Source of the DNA: Auanema rhodensis
Lineage: Eukaryota > Animalia > Nematoda
Direction: 5' to 3'
DNA: 64,000 nt
Assembly: GCA_964057225.1 (NCBI GenBank)
Contig: OZ059896.1
Coordinates: 1,302,001 to 1,366,000, forward strand
In this document: positions 42,101 through 55,799 of the stretch, piece after piece
Layout of the letters: every line of letters begins with the position of its first letter
Position numbering within the stretch: position 1 is the first letter of the stretch
Made by a program: the position numbers and the translations under genes
Notes under the pieces: generated by a model
Told to the model about the DNA's origin: nothing
Databases searched by the model: none
Seen by the model: only the letters and a program-made list of their open reading frames with translations

Positions 42101-45100
42101 ACACTCAAAATTGCTTCCAAAAACATTTTGACAAAAATTTTTTCAAAAAATTTCAAAATAATTTAGCGAAAAGTAGATGTTTTTAGATTCCTTTTTTCAA
42201 GGCAAAAACGATGGACAATGTTATTCAACAAAAAAATTAATTCTTCAGGGTGAAAATCGAGGATATAGGTGTGAACTTATATCAGTTGATATCTCGGTGC
42301 ATTTTTAAGCTAGCGCAAATCTGATAGTACAGATCGACGCAGCTTAATAATCCGCATCGAATGCACTATACGACATTGAGAAACGCTTAATACAAAAATT
42401 AGTTATGATTGTTTGAAAAATGATGCATTAGTGTATGTTGAGTTTCCATGTACACTCAAAATTGCTTCCAAAAACATTTTGACAAAAATTTTTTCGAAAA
42501 ATTTCAAAATAATTTAGCGAAAAGTAGATGTTTTTAGATTCCTTTTTTCGAGGCAAAAACGATGGACAATGTTATTCAACGAAAAAATTAATTCTTCAGG
42601 GTGAAAATCGAGGATATAAGTGTGAACTTATATCAGTTGATATCTCGGTGCATTTTCGAGCTAGCGCAAATCTGATAGTACAGATCGACGCAGCTTAAAA
42701 ATCCGCATCGAATGCACTATACTACATTGAGAAACGCTTAATACAAAAATAAGTTATGATCGTTTGAAAAATGATGCATTAGTGTATGTTGAGTTTCCAT
42801 GTACACTCAAAATTGCTTCCAAAAACATTTTGACAAAAATTTTTTCGAAAAAATTCAAAATAATTTAGCAAAAAGTAGATGTTTTTAGATTCCTTTTTTC
42901 AAGGCAAAAACGATGGACAATGTTATTCAACAAAAAAATTAATTCTTCAGGGTGAAAATCGAGGATATAGGTGTGAACTTATATCAGTTGAAATCTCGGT
43001 GCATTTTCAAGCCAGCGCAAATCTGATAGTACAGATCGACGCAGCTTAAAAATCCGCATCGAATGCACTATACTACATTGAGAAACGCTTAATACAAAAA
43101 TAAGTTATGATCGTTTGAAAAATGATGCATTAGTGTATGTTGAGTTTCCATGTACACTCAACATTGCTTCCAAAAACATTTTGACAAAAATTTTTTCGAA
43201 AAATTTCAAAATAATTTAGCAAAAAGTAGATGTTTTTAGATTCCTTTTTTCAAGGCAAAAACGATGGACAATGTTATTCAACGAAAAAATTAATTCTTCA
43301 GGGTGAAAAGCGAGGATATAAGTGTGAACTTATATCAGTTGATATCTCGGTGCATTTTCGAGCTAGCGCAAATCTGATAGTACAGATCGACGCAGCTTAA
43401 AAATCCGCATCGAATGCACTATACTAAATTGAGAAACGCTTAATACAAAAATTAGTTATGATCGTTTGAAAAATGATGCATTAGTGTATGTTGAGTTTCC
43501 ATGTACACTCAAAATTGCTTCCAAAAACATTTTGACAAAAATTTTTTCGAAAAATTTCAAAATAATTTAGCAAAAAGTAGATGTTTTTAGATTCCTTTTT
43601 TCGAGGCAAAAACGATGGACAATGTTATTCAACGAAAAAATTAATTCTTCAGGGTGAAAAGCGAGGATATAAGTGTGAACTTATATCAGTTGATATCTCG
43701 GTGCATTTTCGAGCTAGCGCAAATCTGATAGTACAGATCGACGCAGCTTAAAAATCCGCATCGAATGCACTATACTAAATTGAGAAACGCTTAATACAAA
43801 AATTAGTTATGATCGTTTGAAAAATGATGCATTAGTGTATGTTGAGTTTCCATGTACACTCAACATTGCTTCCAAAAACATTTTGACAAAAATTTTTTCG
43901 AAAATTTCAGAATAATTTAGCAAAAAGTAGATGTTTTTAGATTCCTTTTTTCAAGGCAAAAACGATGGACAATGTTATTCAACGAAAAAATTAATTCTTC
44001 AGGGTGAAAATCGAGGATATAGGTGTGAACTTATATCAGTTGATATCTCGGTGCATTTTCAAGCCAGCGCAAATCTGATAGTACAGATCGACGCAGCTTA
44101 AAAATCCGCATCGAATGCACTATACTACATTAAGAAACGCTTAATACAAAAATTAGTTATGATCGTTTGAAAAATGATGCATTAGTGTATGTTGAGTTTC
44201 CATGTACACTCAAAATTGCTTCCAAAAACATTTTGACAAAAATTTTTTCGAAAAAATTCAAAATAATTTAGCAAAAAGTAGATGTTTTTAGATTCCTTTT
44301 TTCAAGGCAAAAACGATGGACAATGTTATTCAACAAAAAAATTAATTCTTCAGGGTGAAAATCGAGGATATAGGTGTGAACTTATATCAGTTGATATCTC
44401 GGTGCATTTTTAAGCTAGCGCAAATCTGATAGTACAGATCGACGCAGCTTAATAATCCGCATCGAATGCACTATACGACATTGAGAAACGCTTAATACAA
44501 AAATTAGTTATGATCTTTTGAAAAATGATGCATTAGTGTATGTTGAGTTTCCATGTACACTCAAAATTGCTTCCAAAAACATTTTGACAAAAATTTTTTC
44601 GAAAAATTTCAAAATAATTTAGCAAAAAGTAGATGTTTTTAGATTCCTTTTTTCGAGGCAAAAACGATGGACAATGTTATTCAACGAAAAAATTAATTCT
44701 TCAGGGTGAAAATCGAGGATATAAGTGTGAACTTATATCAGTTGATATCTCGGTGCATTTTCGAGCTAGCGCAAATCTGATAGTACAGATCGACGCAGCT
44801 TAAAAATCCGCATCGAATGCACTATACTACATTGAGAAACGCTTAATACAAAAATAAGTTATGATCGTTTGAAAAATGATGCATTAGTGTATGTTGAGTT
44901 TCCATGTACACTCAAAATTGCTTCCAAAAACATTTTGACAAAAATTTTTTCGAAAAAATTCAAAATAATTTAGCAAAAAGTAGATGTTTTTAGATTCCTT
45001 TTTTCAAGGCAAAAACGATGGACAATGTTATTCAACAAAAAAATTAATTCTTCAGGGTGAAAATCGAGGATATAGGTGTGAACTTATATCAGTTGAAATC

Positions 45101-48100
45101 TCGGTGCATTTTCAAGCCAGCGCAAATCTGATAGTACAGATCGACGCAGCTTAAAAATCCGCATCGAATGCACTATACTACATTGAGAAACGCTCAATAC
45201 AAAAATTAGTTATGATCGTTTGAAAAATGATGCATTAGTGTATGTTGAGTTTCCATGTACACTCAACATTGCTTCCAAAAACATTTTGACAAAAATTTTT
45301 TCGAAAAATTTCAAAATAATTTAGCGAAAAGTAGATGTTTTTAGATTCCTTTTTTTGAGGCAAAAACGATGGACAATGTTATTCAACGAAAAAATTAATT
45401 CTTCAGGGTGAAAAGCGAGGATATAAGTGTGAACTTATATCAGTTGATATCTCGGTGCATTTTCGAGCTAGCGCAAATCTGATAGTACAGATCGACGCAG
45501 CTTAAAAATCCGCATCGAATGCACTATACTAAATTGAGAAACGCTTAATACAAAAATTAGTTATGATCGTTTGAAAAATGATGCATTAGTGTATGTTGAG
45601 TTTCCATGTACACTCAAAATTGCTTCCAAAAACATTTTGACAAAAATTTTTTCGAAAAATTTCAAAATAATTTAGCAAAAAGTAGATGTTTTTAGATTCC
45701 TTTTTTCGAGGCAAAAACGATGGACAATGTTATTCAACGAAAAAATTAATTCTTCAGGGTGAAAAGCGAGGATATAAGTGTGAACTTATATCAGTTGATA
45801 TCTCGGTGCATTTTCGAGCTAGCGCAAATCTGATAGTACAGATCGACGCAGCTTAAAAATCCGCATCGAATGCACTATACTAAATTGAGAAACGCTTAAT
45901 ACAAAAATTAGTTATGATCGTTTGAAAAATGATGCATTAGTGTATGTTGAGTTTCCATGTACACTCAACATTGCTTCCAAAAACATTTTGACAAAAATTT
46001 TTTCGAAAATTTCAGAATAATTTAGCAAAAAGTAGATGTTTTTAGATTCCTTTTTTCAAGGCAAAAACGATGGACAATGTTATTCAACGAAAAAATTAAT
46101 TCTTCAGGGTGAAAATCGAGGATATAGGTGTGAACTTATATCAGTTGATATCTCGGTGCATTTTCAAGCCAGCGCAAATCTGATAGTACAGATCGACGCA
46201 GCTTAAAAATCCGCATCGAATGCACTATACTACATTAAGAAACGCTTAATACAAAAATTAGTTATGATCGTTTGAAAAATGATGCATTAGTGTATGTTGA
46301 GTTTCCATGTACACTCCAAATTGCTTCCAAAAACATTTTGACAAAAATTTTTTCGAAAAATTTCAAAATAATTTAGCGAAAAGTAGATGTTTTTAGATTC
46401 CTTTTTTTGAGGCAAAAACGATGGACAATGTTATTCAACGAAAAAATTAATTCTTCAGGGTGAAAATCGAGGATATAAGTGTGAACTTATATCAGTTGAT
46501 ATCTCGGTGCATTTTTAAGCTAGCGGAAATTTGATAGTACAGATCGACGCAGCTTAAAAATCCGCATCGAATGCACTATACTACATTGAGAAACGCTTAA
46601 TACAAAAATTAGTTATGATTGTTTGAAAAATGATGCATTAGTGTATGTTGAGTTTCCATGTACACTCAAAATTGCTTCCAAAAACATTTTGACAAAAATT
46701 TTTTCGAAAAATTTCAAAATAATTTAGCGAAAAGTAGATGTTTTTAGATTCCTTTTTTCAAGGCAAAAACGATGGACAATGTTATTCAACGAAAAAATTA
46801 ATTCTTCAGGGTGAAAATCGAGGATATAGGTGTGAACTTATATCAGTTGATATCTCGGTGCATTTTTAAGCTAGCGCAAATCTGATAGTACAGATCGACG
46901 CAGCTTAATAATCCGCATCGAATGCACTATACTACATTGAGAAACGCTTAATACAAAAATTAGTTATGATCTTTTGAAAAATGATGCATTAGTGTATGTT
47001 GAGTTTCCATGTACACTCAAAATTGCTTCCAAAAACATTTTGACAAAAATTTTTTCAAAAAATTTCAAAATAATTTAGCGAAAAGTAGATGTTTTTAGAT
47101 TCCTTTTTTCAAGGCAAAAACGATGGACAATGTTATTCAACGAAAAAATTAATTCTTCAGGGTGAAAATCGAGGATATATGTGTGAACTTATATCAGTTG
47201 ATATCTCGGTGCATTTTTAAGCTAGCGCAAATCTGATAGTACAGATCGACGCAGCTTAAAAATCCGCATCGAATGCACTATACTACATTGAGAAACGCTT
47301 AATACAAAAATTAGTTATGATTGTTTGAAAAATGATGCATTAGTGTATGTTGAGTTTCCATGTACACTCAAAATTGCTTCCAAAAACATTTTGACAAAAA
47401 TTTTTTCGAAAAATTTCAAAATAATTTAGCGAAAAGTAGATGTTTTTAGATTTCTTTTTTCAAGGCAAAAACGATGGACAATGTTATTCAACAAAAAAAT
47501 TAATTCTTCAGGGTGAAAATCGAGGATATAGGTGTGAACTTATATCAGTTGATATCTCGGTGCATTTTTAAGCTAGCGCAAATCTGATAGTACAGATCGA
47601 CGCAGCTTAATAATCCGCATCGAATGCACTATACGACATTGAGAAACGCTTAATACAAAAATTAGTTATGATCTTTTGAAAAATGATGCATTAGTGTATG
47701 TTGAGTTTCCATGTACACTCAAAATTGCTTCCAAAAACATTTTGACAAAAATTTTTTCGAAAAATTTCAAAATAATTTAGCAAAAAGTAGATGTTTTTAG
47801 ATTCCTTTTTTTGAGGCAAAAACGATGGACAATGTTATTCAACGAAAAAATTAATTCTTCAGGGTGAAAATCGAGGATATAAGTGTGAACTTATATCAGT
47901 TGATATCTCGGTGCATTTTCGAGCTAGCGCAAATCTGATAGTACAGATCGACGCAGCTTAAAAATCCGCATCGAATGCACTATACTACATTGAGAAACGC
48001 TTAATACAAAAATAAGTTATGATCGTTTGAAAAATGATGCATTAGTGTATGTTGAGTTTCCATGTACACTCAAAATTGCTTCCAAAAACATTTTGACAAA

Positions 48101-48429
48101 AATTTTTTCGAAAAAATTCAAAATAATTTAGCAAAAAGTAGATGTTTTTAGATTCCTTTTTTCAAGGCAAAAACGATGGACAATGTTATTCAACGAAAAA
48201 ATTAATTCTTCAGGGTGAAAATCGAGGATATAGGTGTGAACTTATATCAGTTGATATCTCGGTGCATTTTCAAGCCAGCGCAAATCTGATAGTACAGATC
48301 GACGCAGCTTAAAAATCCGCATCGAATGCACTATACTACATTGAGAAACGCTTAATACAAAAATTAGTTATGATCGTTTTAAAAATTATGCATTAGTGTA
48401 TGTTGAGTTTCCATGTACACTCCAAATTG
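36150..48429. repeat. Variable-length higher-order repeat domain (units of 7, 6, 8, 6 and about 8-9 monomers) giving a 14-mer (4912 bp) super-period
   Basis: 350-bp 'cgaaaatttcagaa' monomers at numbers 105, 112, 118, 126, 132; 'gttgaaatctc' at 38080, 40185, 42992, 45097; 'atacgacatt' in 107, 113, 121, 127, 136. Confidence 0.88.
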
Positions 48430-51400
48430 CTTCCAAAAACATTTTGACAAAAATTTTTTCGAAAAATTTCAAAATAATTTAGCGAAAAGTAGATGTTTTT
48501 AGATTCCTTTTTTCGAGGCAAAAACGATGGACAATGTTATTCAACGAAAAAATTAATTCTTCAGGGTGAAAATCGAGGATATAAGTGTGAACTTATATCA
48601 GTTGATATCTCGGTGCATTTTTAAGCTAGCGGAAATTTGATAACACAGATCGACGCAGCTTAAAAATCCGCATCGAATGCACTATACTACATTGAGAAAC
48701 GCTTAATACAAAAATTAGTTATGATCGTTTGAAAAATGATGCATTAGTGTATGTTGAGTTTCCATGTACACTCAAAATTGCTTCCAAAAACATTTTGACA
48801 AAAATTTTTTCGAAAAATTTCAAAATAATTTAGCGAAAAGTAGATGTTTTTAGATTCCTTTTTTCGAGGCAAAAACGATGGACAATGTTATTCAACGAAA
48901 AAATTAATTCTTCAGGGTGAAAATCGAGGATATAAGTGTGAACTTATATCAGTTGATATCTCGGTGCATTTTCAAGCTAGCGCAAATCTGATAGTACAGA
49001 TCGACGCAGCTTAAAAATCCGCATCGAATGCACTATACTACATTGAGAAACGCTTAATACAAAAATTAGTTATGATCGTTTGAAAAATGATGCATTAGTG
49101 TATGTTGAGTTTCCATGTACACTCAAAATTGCTTCCAAAAACATTTTGACAAAAATTTTTTCAAAAAATTTCAAAATAATTTAGCGAAAAGTAGATGTTT
49201 TTAGATTCCTTTTTTCAAGGCAAAAACGATGGACAATGTTATTCAACGAAAAAATTAATTCTTCAGGGTGAAAATCGAGGATATAGGTGTGAACTTATAT
49301 CAGTTGATATCTCGGTGCATTTTTAAGCTAGCGCAAATCTGATAGTACAGATCGACGCAGCTTAATAATCCGCATCGAATGCACTATACTACATTGAGAA
49401 ACGCTTAATACAAAAATTAGTTATGATCTTTTGAAAAATGATGCATTAGTGTATGTTGAGTTTCCATGTACACTCAAAATTGCTTCCAAAAACATTTTGA
49501 CAAAAATTTTTTCAAAAAATTTCAAAATAATTTAGCGAAAAGTAGATGTTTTTAGATTCCTTTTTTCAAGGCAAAAACGATGGACAATGTTATTCAACGA
49601 AAAAATTAATTCTTCAGGGTGAAAATCGAGGATATATGTGTGAACTTATATCAGTTGATATCTCGGTGCATTTTTAAGCTAGCGCAAATCTGATAGTACA
49701 GATCGACGCAGCTTAATAATCCGCATCGAATGCACTATACTACATTGAGAAACGCTTAATACAAAAATAAGTTATGATCGTTTGAAAAATGATGCATTAG
49801 TGTATGTTGAGTTTCCATGTACACTCAAAATTGCTTCCAAAAACATTTTGACAAAAATTTTTTCAAAAAATTTCAAAATAATTTAGCGAAAAGTAGATGT
49901 TTTTAGATTCCTTTTTTCAAGGCAAAAACGATGGACAATGTTATTCAACGAAAAAATTAATTCTTCAGGGTGAAAATCGAGGATATAGGTGTGAACTTAT
50001 ATCAGTTGATATCTCGGTGCATTTTTAAGCTAGCGCAAATCTGATAGTACAGATCGACGCAGCTTAATAATCCGCATCGAATGCACTATACTACATTGAG
50101 AAACGCTTAATACAAAAATTAGTTATGATCTTTTGAAAAATGATGCATTAGTGTATGTTGAGTTTCCATGTACACTCAAAATTGCTTCCAAAAACATTTT
50201 GACAAAAATTTTTTCAAAAAATTTCAAAATAATTTAGCGAAAAGTAGATGTTTTTAGATTCCTTTTTTCAAGGCAAAAACGATGGAGAATGTTATTCAAC
50301 GAAAAAATTAATTCTTCAGGGTGAAAATCGAGGATATAGGTGTGAACTTATATCAGTTGATATCTCGGTGCATTTTCAAGCTAGCGCAAATCTGATAGTA
50401 CAGATCGACGCAGCTTAAAAATCCGCATCGAATGCACTATACTACATTGAGAAACGCTTAATACAAAAATTAGTTATGATCGTTTGAAAAATGATGCATT
50501 AGTGTATGTTGAGTTTCCATGTACACTCAAAATTGCTTCCAAAAACATTTTGACAAAAATTTTTTCGAAAAATTTCAAAATAATTTAGCGAAAAGTAGAT
50601 GTTTTTAGATTCCTTTTTTTGAGGCAAAAACGATGGACAATGTTATTCAACGAAAAAATTAATTCTTCAGGGTGAAAATCGAGGATATAAGTGTGAACTT
50701 ATATCAGTTGATATCTCGGTGCATTTTTAAGCTAGCGGAAATTTGATAACACAGATCGACGCAGCTTAAAAATCCGCATCGAGTGCACTATACTACATTA
50801 AGAAAATCTTAATACAAAAATTAGTTATGATCGTTTGAAAAATGATGAATTAGTGTATGTTGAGTTTCCATGTACACTCAACATTGCTTCCAAAAACATT
50901 TTGACAAAAATTTTTTCGAAAAATTTCAAAATAATTTAGCGAAAAGTAGATGTTTTTAGATTCCTTTTTTCGAGGCAAAAACGATGGACAATGTTATTCA
51001 ACGAAAAAATTAATTCTTCAGGGTGAAAATCGAGGATATAAGTGTGAACTTATATCAGTTGATATCTCGGTGCATTTTCAAGCTAGCGCAAATCTGATAG
51101 TACAGATCGACGCAGCTTAAAAATCCGCATCGAATGCACTATACTACATTGAGAAACGCTTAATACAAAAATTAGTTATGATCGTTTGAAAAATGATGCA
51201 TTAGTGTATGTTGAGTTTCCATGTACACTCAAAATTGCTTCCAAAAACATTTTGACAAAAATTTTTTCAAAAAATTTCAAAATAATTTAGCGAAAAGTAG
51301 ATGTTTTTAGATTCCTTTTTTCAAGGCAAAAACGATGGACAATGTTATTCAACGAAAAAATTAATTCTTCAGGGTGAAAATCGAGGATATATGTGTGAAC

Positions 51401-54400
51401 TTATATCAGTTGATATCTCGGTGCATTTTTAAGCTAGCGCAAATCTGATAGTACAGATCGACGCAGCTTAATAATCCGCATCGAATGCACTATACTACAT
51501 TGAGAAACGCTTAATACAAAAATAAGTTATGATCGTTTGAAAAATGATGCATTAGTGTATGTTGAGTTTCCATGTACACTCAAAATTGCTTCCAAAAACA
51601 TTTTGACAAAAATTTTTTCAAAAAATTTCAAAATAATTTAGCGAAAAGTAGATGTTTTTAGATTCTTTTTTTCAAGGCAAAAACGATGGACAATGTTATT
51701 CAACGAAAAAATTAATTCTTCAGGGTGAAAATCGAGGATATAGGTGTGAACTTATATCAGTTGATATCTCGGTGCATTTTTAAGCTAGCGCAAATCTGAT
51801 AGTACAGATCGACGCAGCTTAATAATCCGCATCGAATGCACTATACTACATTGAGAAACGCTTAATACAAAAATTAGTTATGATCTTTTGAAAAATGATG
51901 CATTAGTGTATGTTGAGTTTCCATGTACACTCAAAATTGCTTCCAAAAACATTTTGACAAAAATTTTTTCGAAAAATTTCAAAATAATTTAGCAAAAAGT
52001 AGATGTTTTTAGATTCCTTTTTTAGAGGCAAAAACGATGGACAATGTTATTCAACGAAAAAATCAATTCTTCAGGGTGAAAATCGAGGATATAAGTGTGA
52101 ACTTATATCAGTTGATATCTCGGTGCATTTTCGAGCTAGCGCAAATCTGATAAAACAGATCGACGCAGCTTAAAAATCCGCATCGAATGCACTATACTAC
52201 ATTGAGAAACGCTTAATACAAAAATAAGTTATGATCGTTTGAAAAATGATGCATTAGTGTATGTTGAGTTTCCATGTACACTCAAAATTGCTTCCAAAAA
52301 CATTTTGACAAAAATTTTTTCGAAAAATTTCAAAATAATTTAGCAAAAAGTAGATGTTTTTAGATTCCTTTTTTCAAGGCAAAAACGATGGACAATGTTA
52401 TTCAACGAAAAAATTAATTCTTCAGGGTGAAAATAGAGGATATAGGTGTGAACTTATATCAGTTGATATCTCGGTGCATTTTCAAGCCAGCGCAAATCTG
52501 ATAGTACAGATCGACGCAGCTTAAAAATCCGCATCGAATGCACTATACTACATTGAGAAACGCTTAATACAAAAATTAGTTATGATCGTTTGAAAAATGA
52601 TGCATTAGTGTATGTTGAGTTTCCATGTACACTCCAAATTGCTTCCAAAAACATTTTGACAAAAATTTTTTCGAAAAATTTCAAAATAATTTAGCGAAAA
52701 GTAGATGTTTTTAGATTCCTTTTTTCGAGGCAAAAACGATGGACAATGTTATTCAACGAAAAAATTAATTCTTCAGGGTGAAAATCGAGGATATAAGTGT
52801 GAACTTATATCAGTTGATATCTCGGTGCATTTTTAAGCTAGCGGAAATTTGATAGTACAGATCGACGCAGCTTAAAAATCCGCATCGAATGCACTATACT
52901 ACATTGAGAAACGCTTAATACAAAAATTAGTTATGATCGTTTGAAAAATGATGCATTAGTGTATGTTGAGTTTCCATGTACACTCCAAATTGCTTCCAAA
53001 AACATTTTGACAAAAATTTTTTCGAAAAATTTCAAAATAATTTAGCGAAAAGTAGATGTTTTTAGATTCCTTTTTTCGAGGCAAAAACGATGGACAATGT
53101 TATTCAACGAAAAAATTAATTCTTCGGGGTGAAAATCGAGGATATAAGTGTGAACTTATATCAGTTGATATCTCGGTGCATTTTCAAGCTAGCGCAAATC
53201 TGATAGTACAGATCGACGCAGCTTAAAAATCCGCATCGAATGCACTATACTACATTGAGAAACGCTTAATACAAAAATTAGTTATGATCGTTTGAAAAAT
53301 GATGCATTAGTGTATGTTGAGTTTCCATGTACACTCAAAATTGCTTCCAAAAACATTTTGACAAAAATTTTTTCGAAAAATTTCAAAATAATTTAGCAAA
53401 AAGTAGATGTTTTTAGATTCCTTTTTTCGAGGCAAAAACGATGGACAATGTTATTCAACGAAAAAATTAATTCTTCAGGGTGAAAATCGAGGATATAAGT
53501 GTGAACTTATATCAGTTGATATCTCGGTGCATTTTCGAGCTAGCGCAAATCTGATAGTACAGATCGACGCAGCTTAAAAATCCGCATCGAATGCACTATA
53601 CTAAATTGAGAAACGCTTAATACAAAAATTAGTTATGATCGTTTGAAAAATGATGCATTAGTGTATGTTGAGTTTCCATGTACACTCAACATTGCTTCCA
53701 AAAACATTTTGACAAAAATTTTTTCGAAAATTTCAAAATAATTTAGCAAAAAATAGATGTTTTTAGATTCCTTTTTTCAAGGCAAAAACGATGGACAATG
53801 TTATTCAACGAAAAAATTAATTCTTCAGGGTGAAAATCGAGGATATAGGTGTGAACTTATATCAGTTGATATCTCGGTGCATTTTCAAGCCAGCGCAAAT
53901 CTGATAGTACAGATCGACGCAGCTTAAAAATCCGCATCGAATGCACTATACTACATTAAGAAACGCTTAATACAAAAATTAGTTATGATCGTTTGAAAAA
54001 TGATGCATTAGTGTATGTTGAGTTTCCATGTACACTCCAAATTGCTTCCAAAAACATTTTGACAAAAATTTTTTCGAAAAATTTCAAAATAATTTAGCGA
54101 AAAGTAGATGTTTTTAGATTCCTTTTTTCGAGGCAAAAACGATGGACAATGTTATTCAACGAAAAAATTAATTCTTCAGGGTGAAAATCGAGGATATAAG
54201 TGTGAACTTATATCAGTTGATATCTCGGTGCATTTTTAAGCTAGCGGAAATTTGATAGTACAGATCGACGCAGCTTAAAAATCCGCATCGAATGCACTAT
54301 ACTACATTGAGAAACGCTTAATACAAAAATTAGTTATGATCGTTTGAAAAATGATGCATTAGTGTATGTTGAGTTTCCATGTACACTCAAAATTGCTTCC

Positions 54401-55799
54401 AAAAACATTTTGACAAAAATTTTTTCGAAAAATTTCAAAATAATTTAGCGAAAAGTAGATGTTTTTAGATTCCTTTTTTCAAGGCAAAAACGATGGATAA
54501 TGTTATTCAACGAAAAAATTAATTCTTCAGGGTGAAAATCGAGGATATAAGTGTGAACTTATATCAGTTGATATCTCGGTGCATTTTCAAGCTAGCGCAA
54601 ATCTGATAGTACAGATCGACGCAGCTTAAAAATCCGCATCGAATGCACTATACTACATTGAGAAACGCTTAATACAAAAATTAGTTATGATCTTTTGAAA
54701 AATGATGCATTAGTGTATGTTGAGTTTCCATGTACACTCAAAATTGCTTCCAAAAACATTTTGACAAAAATTTTTTCGAAAAATTTCAAAATAATTTAGC
54801 AAAAAGTAGATGTTTTTAGATTCCTTTTTTTGAGGCAAAAACGATGGACAATGTTATTCAACGAAAAAATTAATTCTTCAGGGTGAAAATCGAGGATATA
54901 AGTGTGAACTTATATCAGTTGATATCTCGGTGCATTTTCGAGCTAGCGCAAATCTGATAGTACAGATCGACGCAGCTTAAAAATCCGCATCGAATGCACT
55001 ATACTACATTGAGAAACGCTTAATACAAAAATAAGTTATGATCGTTTGAAAAATGATGCATTAGTGTATGTTGAGTTTCCATGTACACTCAAAATTGCTT
55101 CCAAAAACATTTTGACAAAAATTTTTTCGAAAAATTTCAAAATAATTTAGCGAAAAGTAGATGTTTTTAGATTCCTTTTTTCAAGGCAAAAACGAAGGAC
55201 AATGTAATTCAACGAAAAAATTAATTCTTCAGGGTGAAAATCGAGGATATAGGTGTGAACTTATATCAGTTGATATCTCGGTGCATTTTCAAGCCAGCGC
55301 AAATCTGATAGTACAGATCGACGCAGCTTAAAAATCCGCATCGAATGCACTATACTACATTGAGAAACGCTTAATACAAAAATTAGTTATGATCGTTTGA
55401 AAAATGATGCATTAGTGTATGTTGAGTTTCCATGTACACTCCAAATTGCTTCCAAAAACATTTTGACAAAAATTTTTTCGAAAAATTTCAAAATAATTTA
55501 GCGAAAAGTAGATGTTTTTAGATTCCTTTTTTCGAGGCAAAAACGATGGACAATGTTATTCAACGAAAAAATTAATTCTTCAGGGTGAAAATCGAGGATA
55601 TAAGTGTGAACTTATATCAGTTGATATCTCGGTGCATTTTTAAGCTAGCGGAAATTTGATAACACAGATCGACGCAGCTTAAAAATCCGCATCGAATGCA
55701 CTATACTACATTGAGAAACGCTTAATACAAAAATTAGTTATGATCGTTTGAAAAATGATGCATTAGTGTATGTTGAGTTTCCATGTACACTCAACATTG

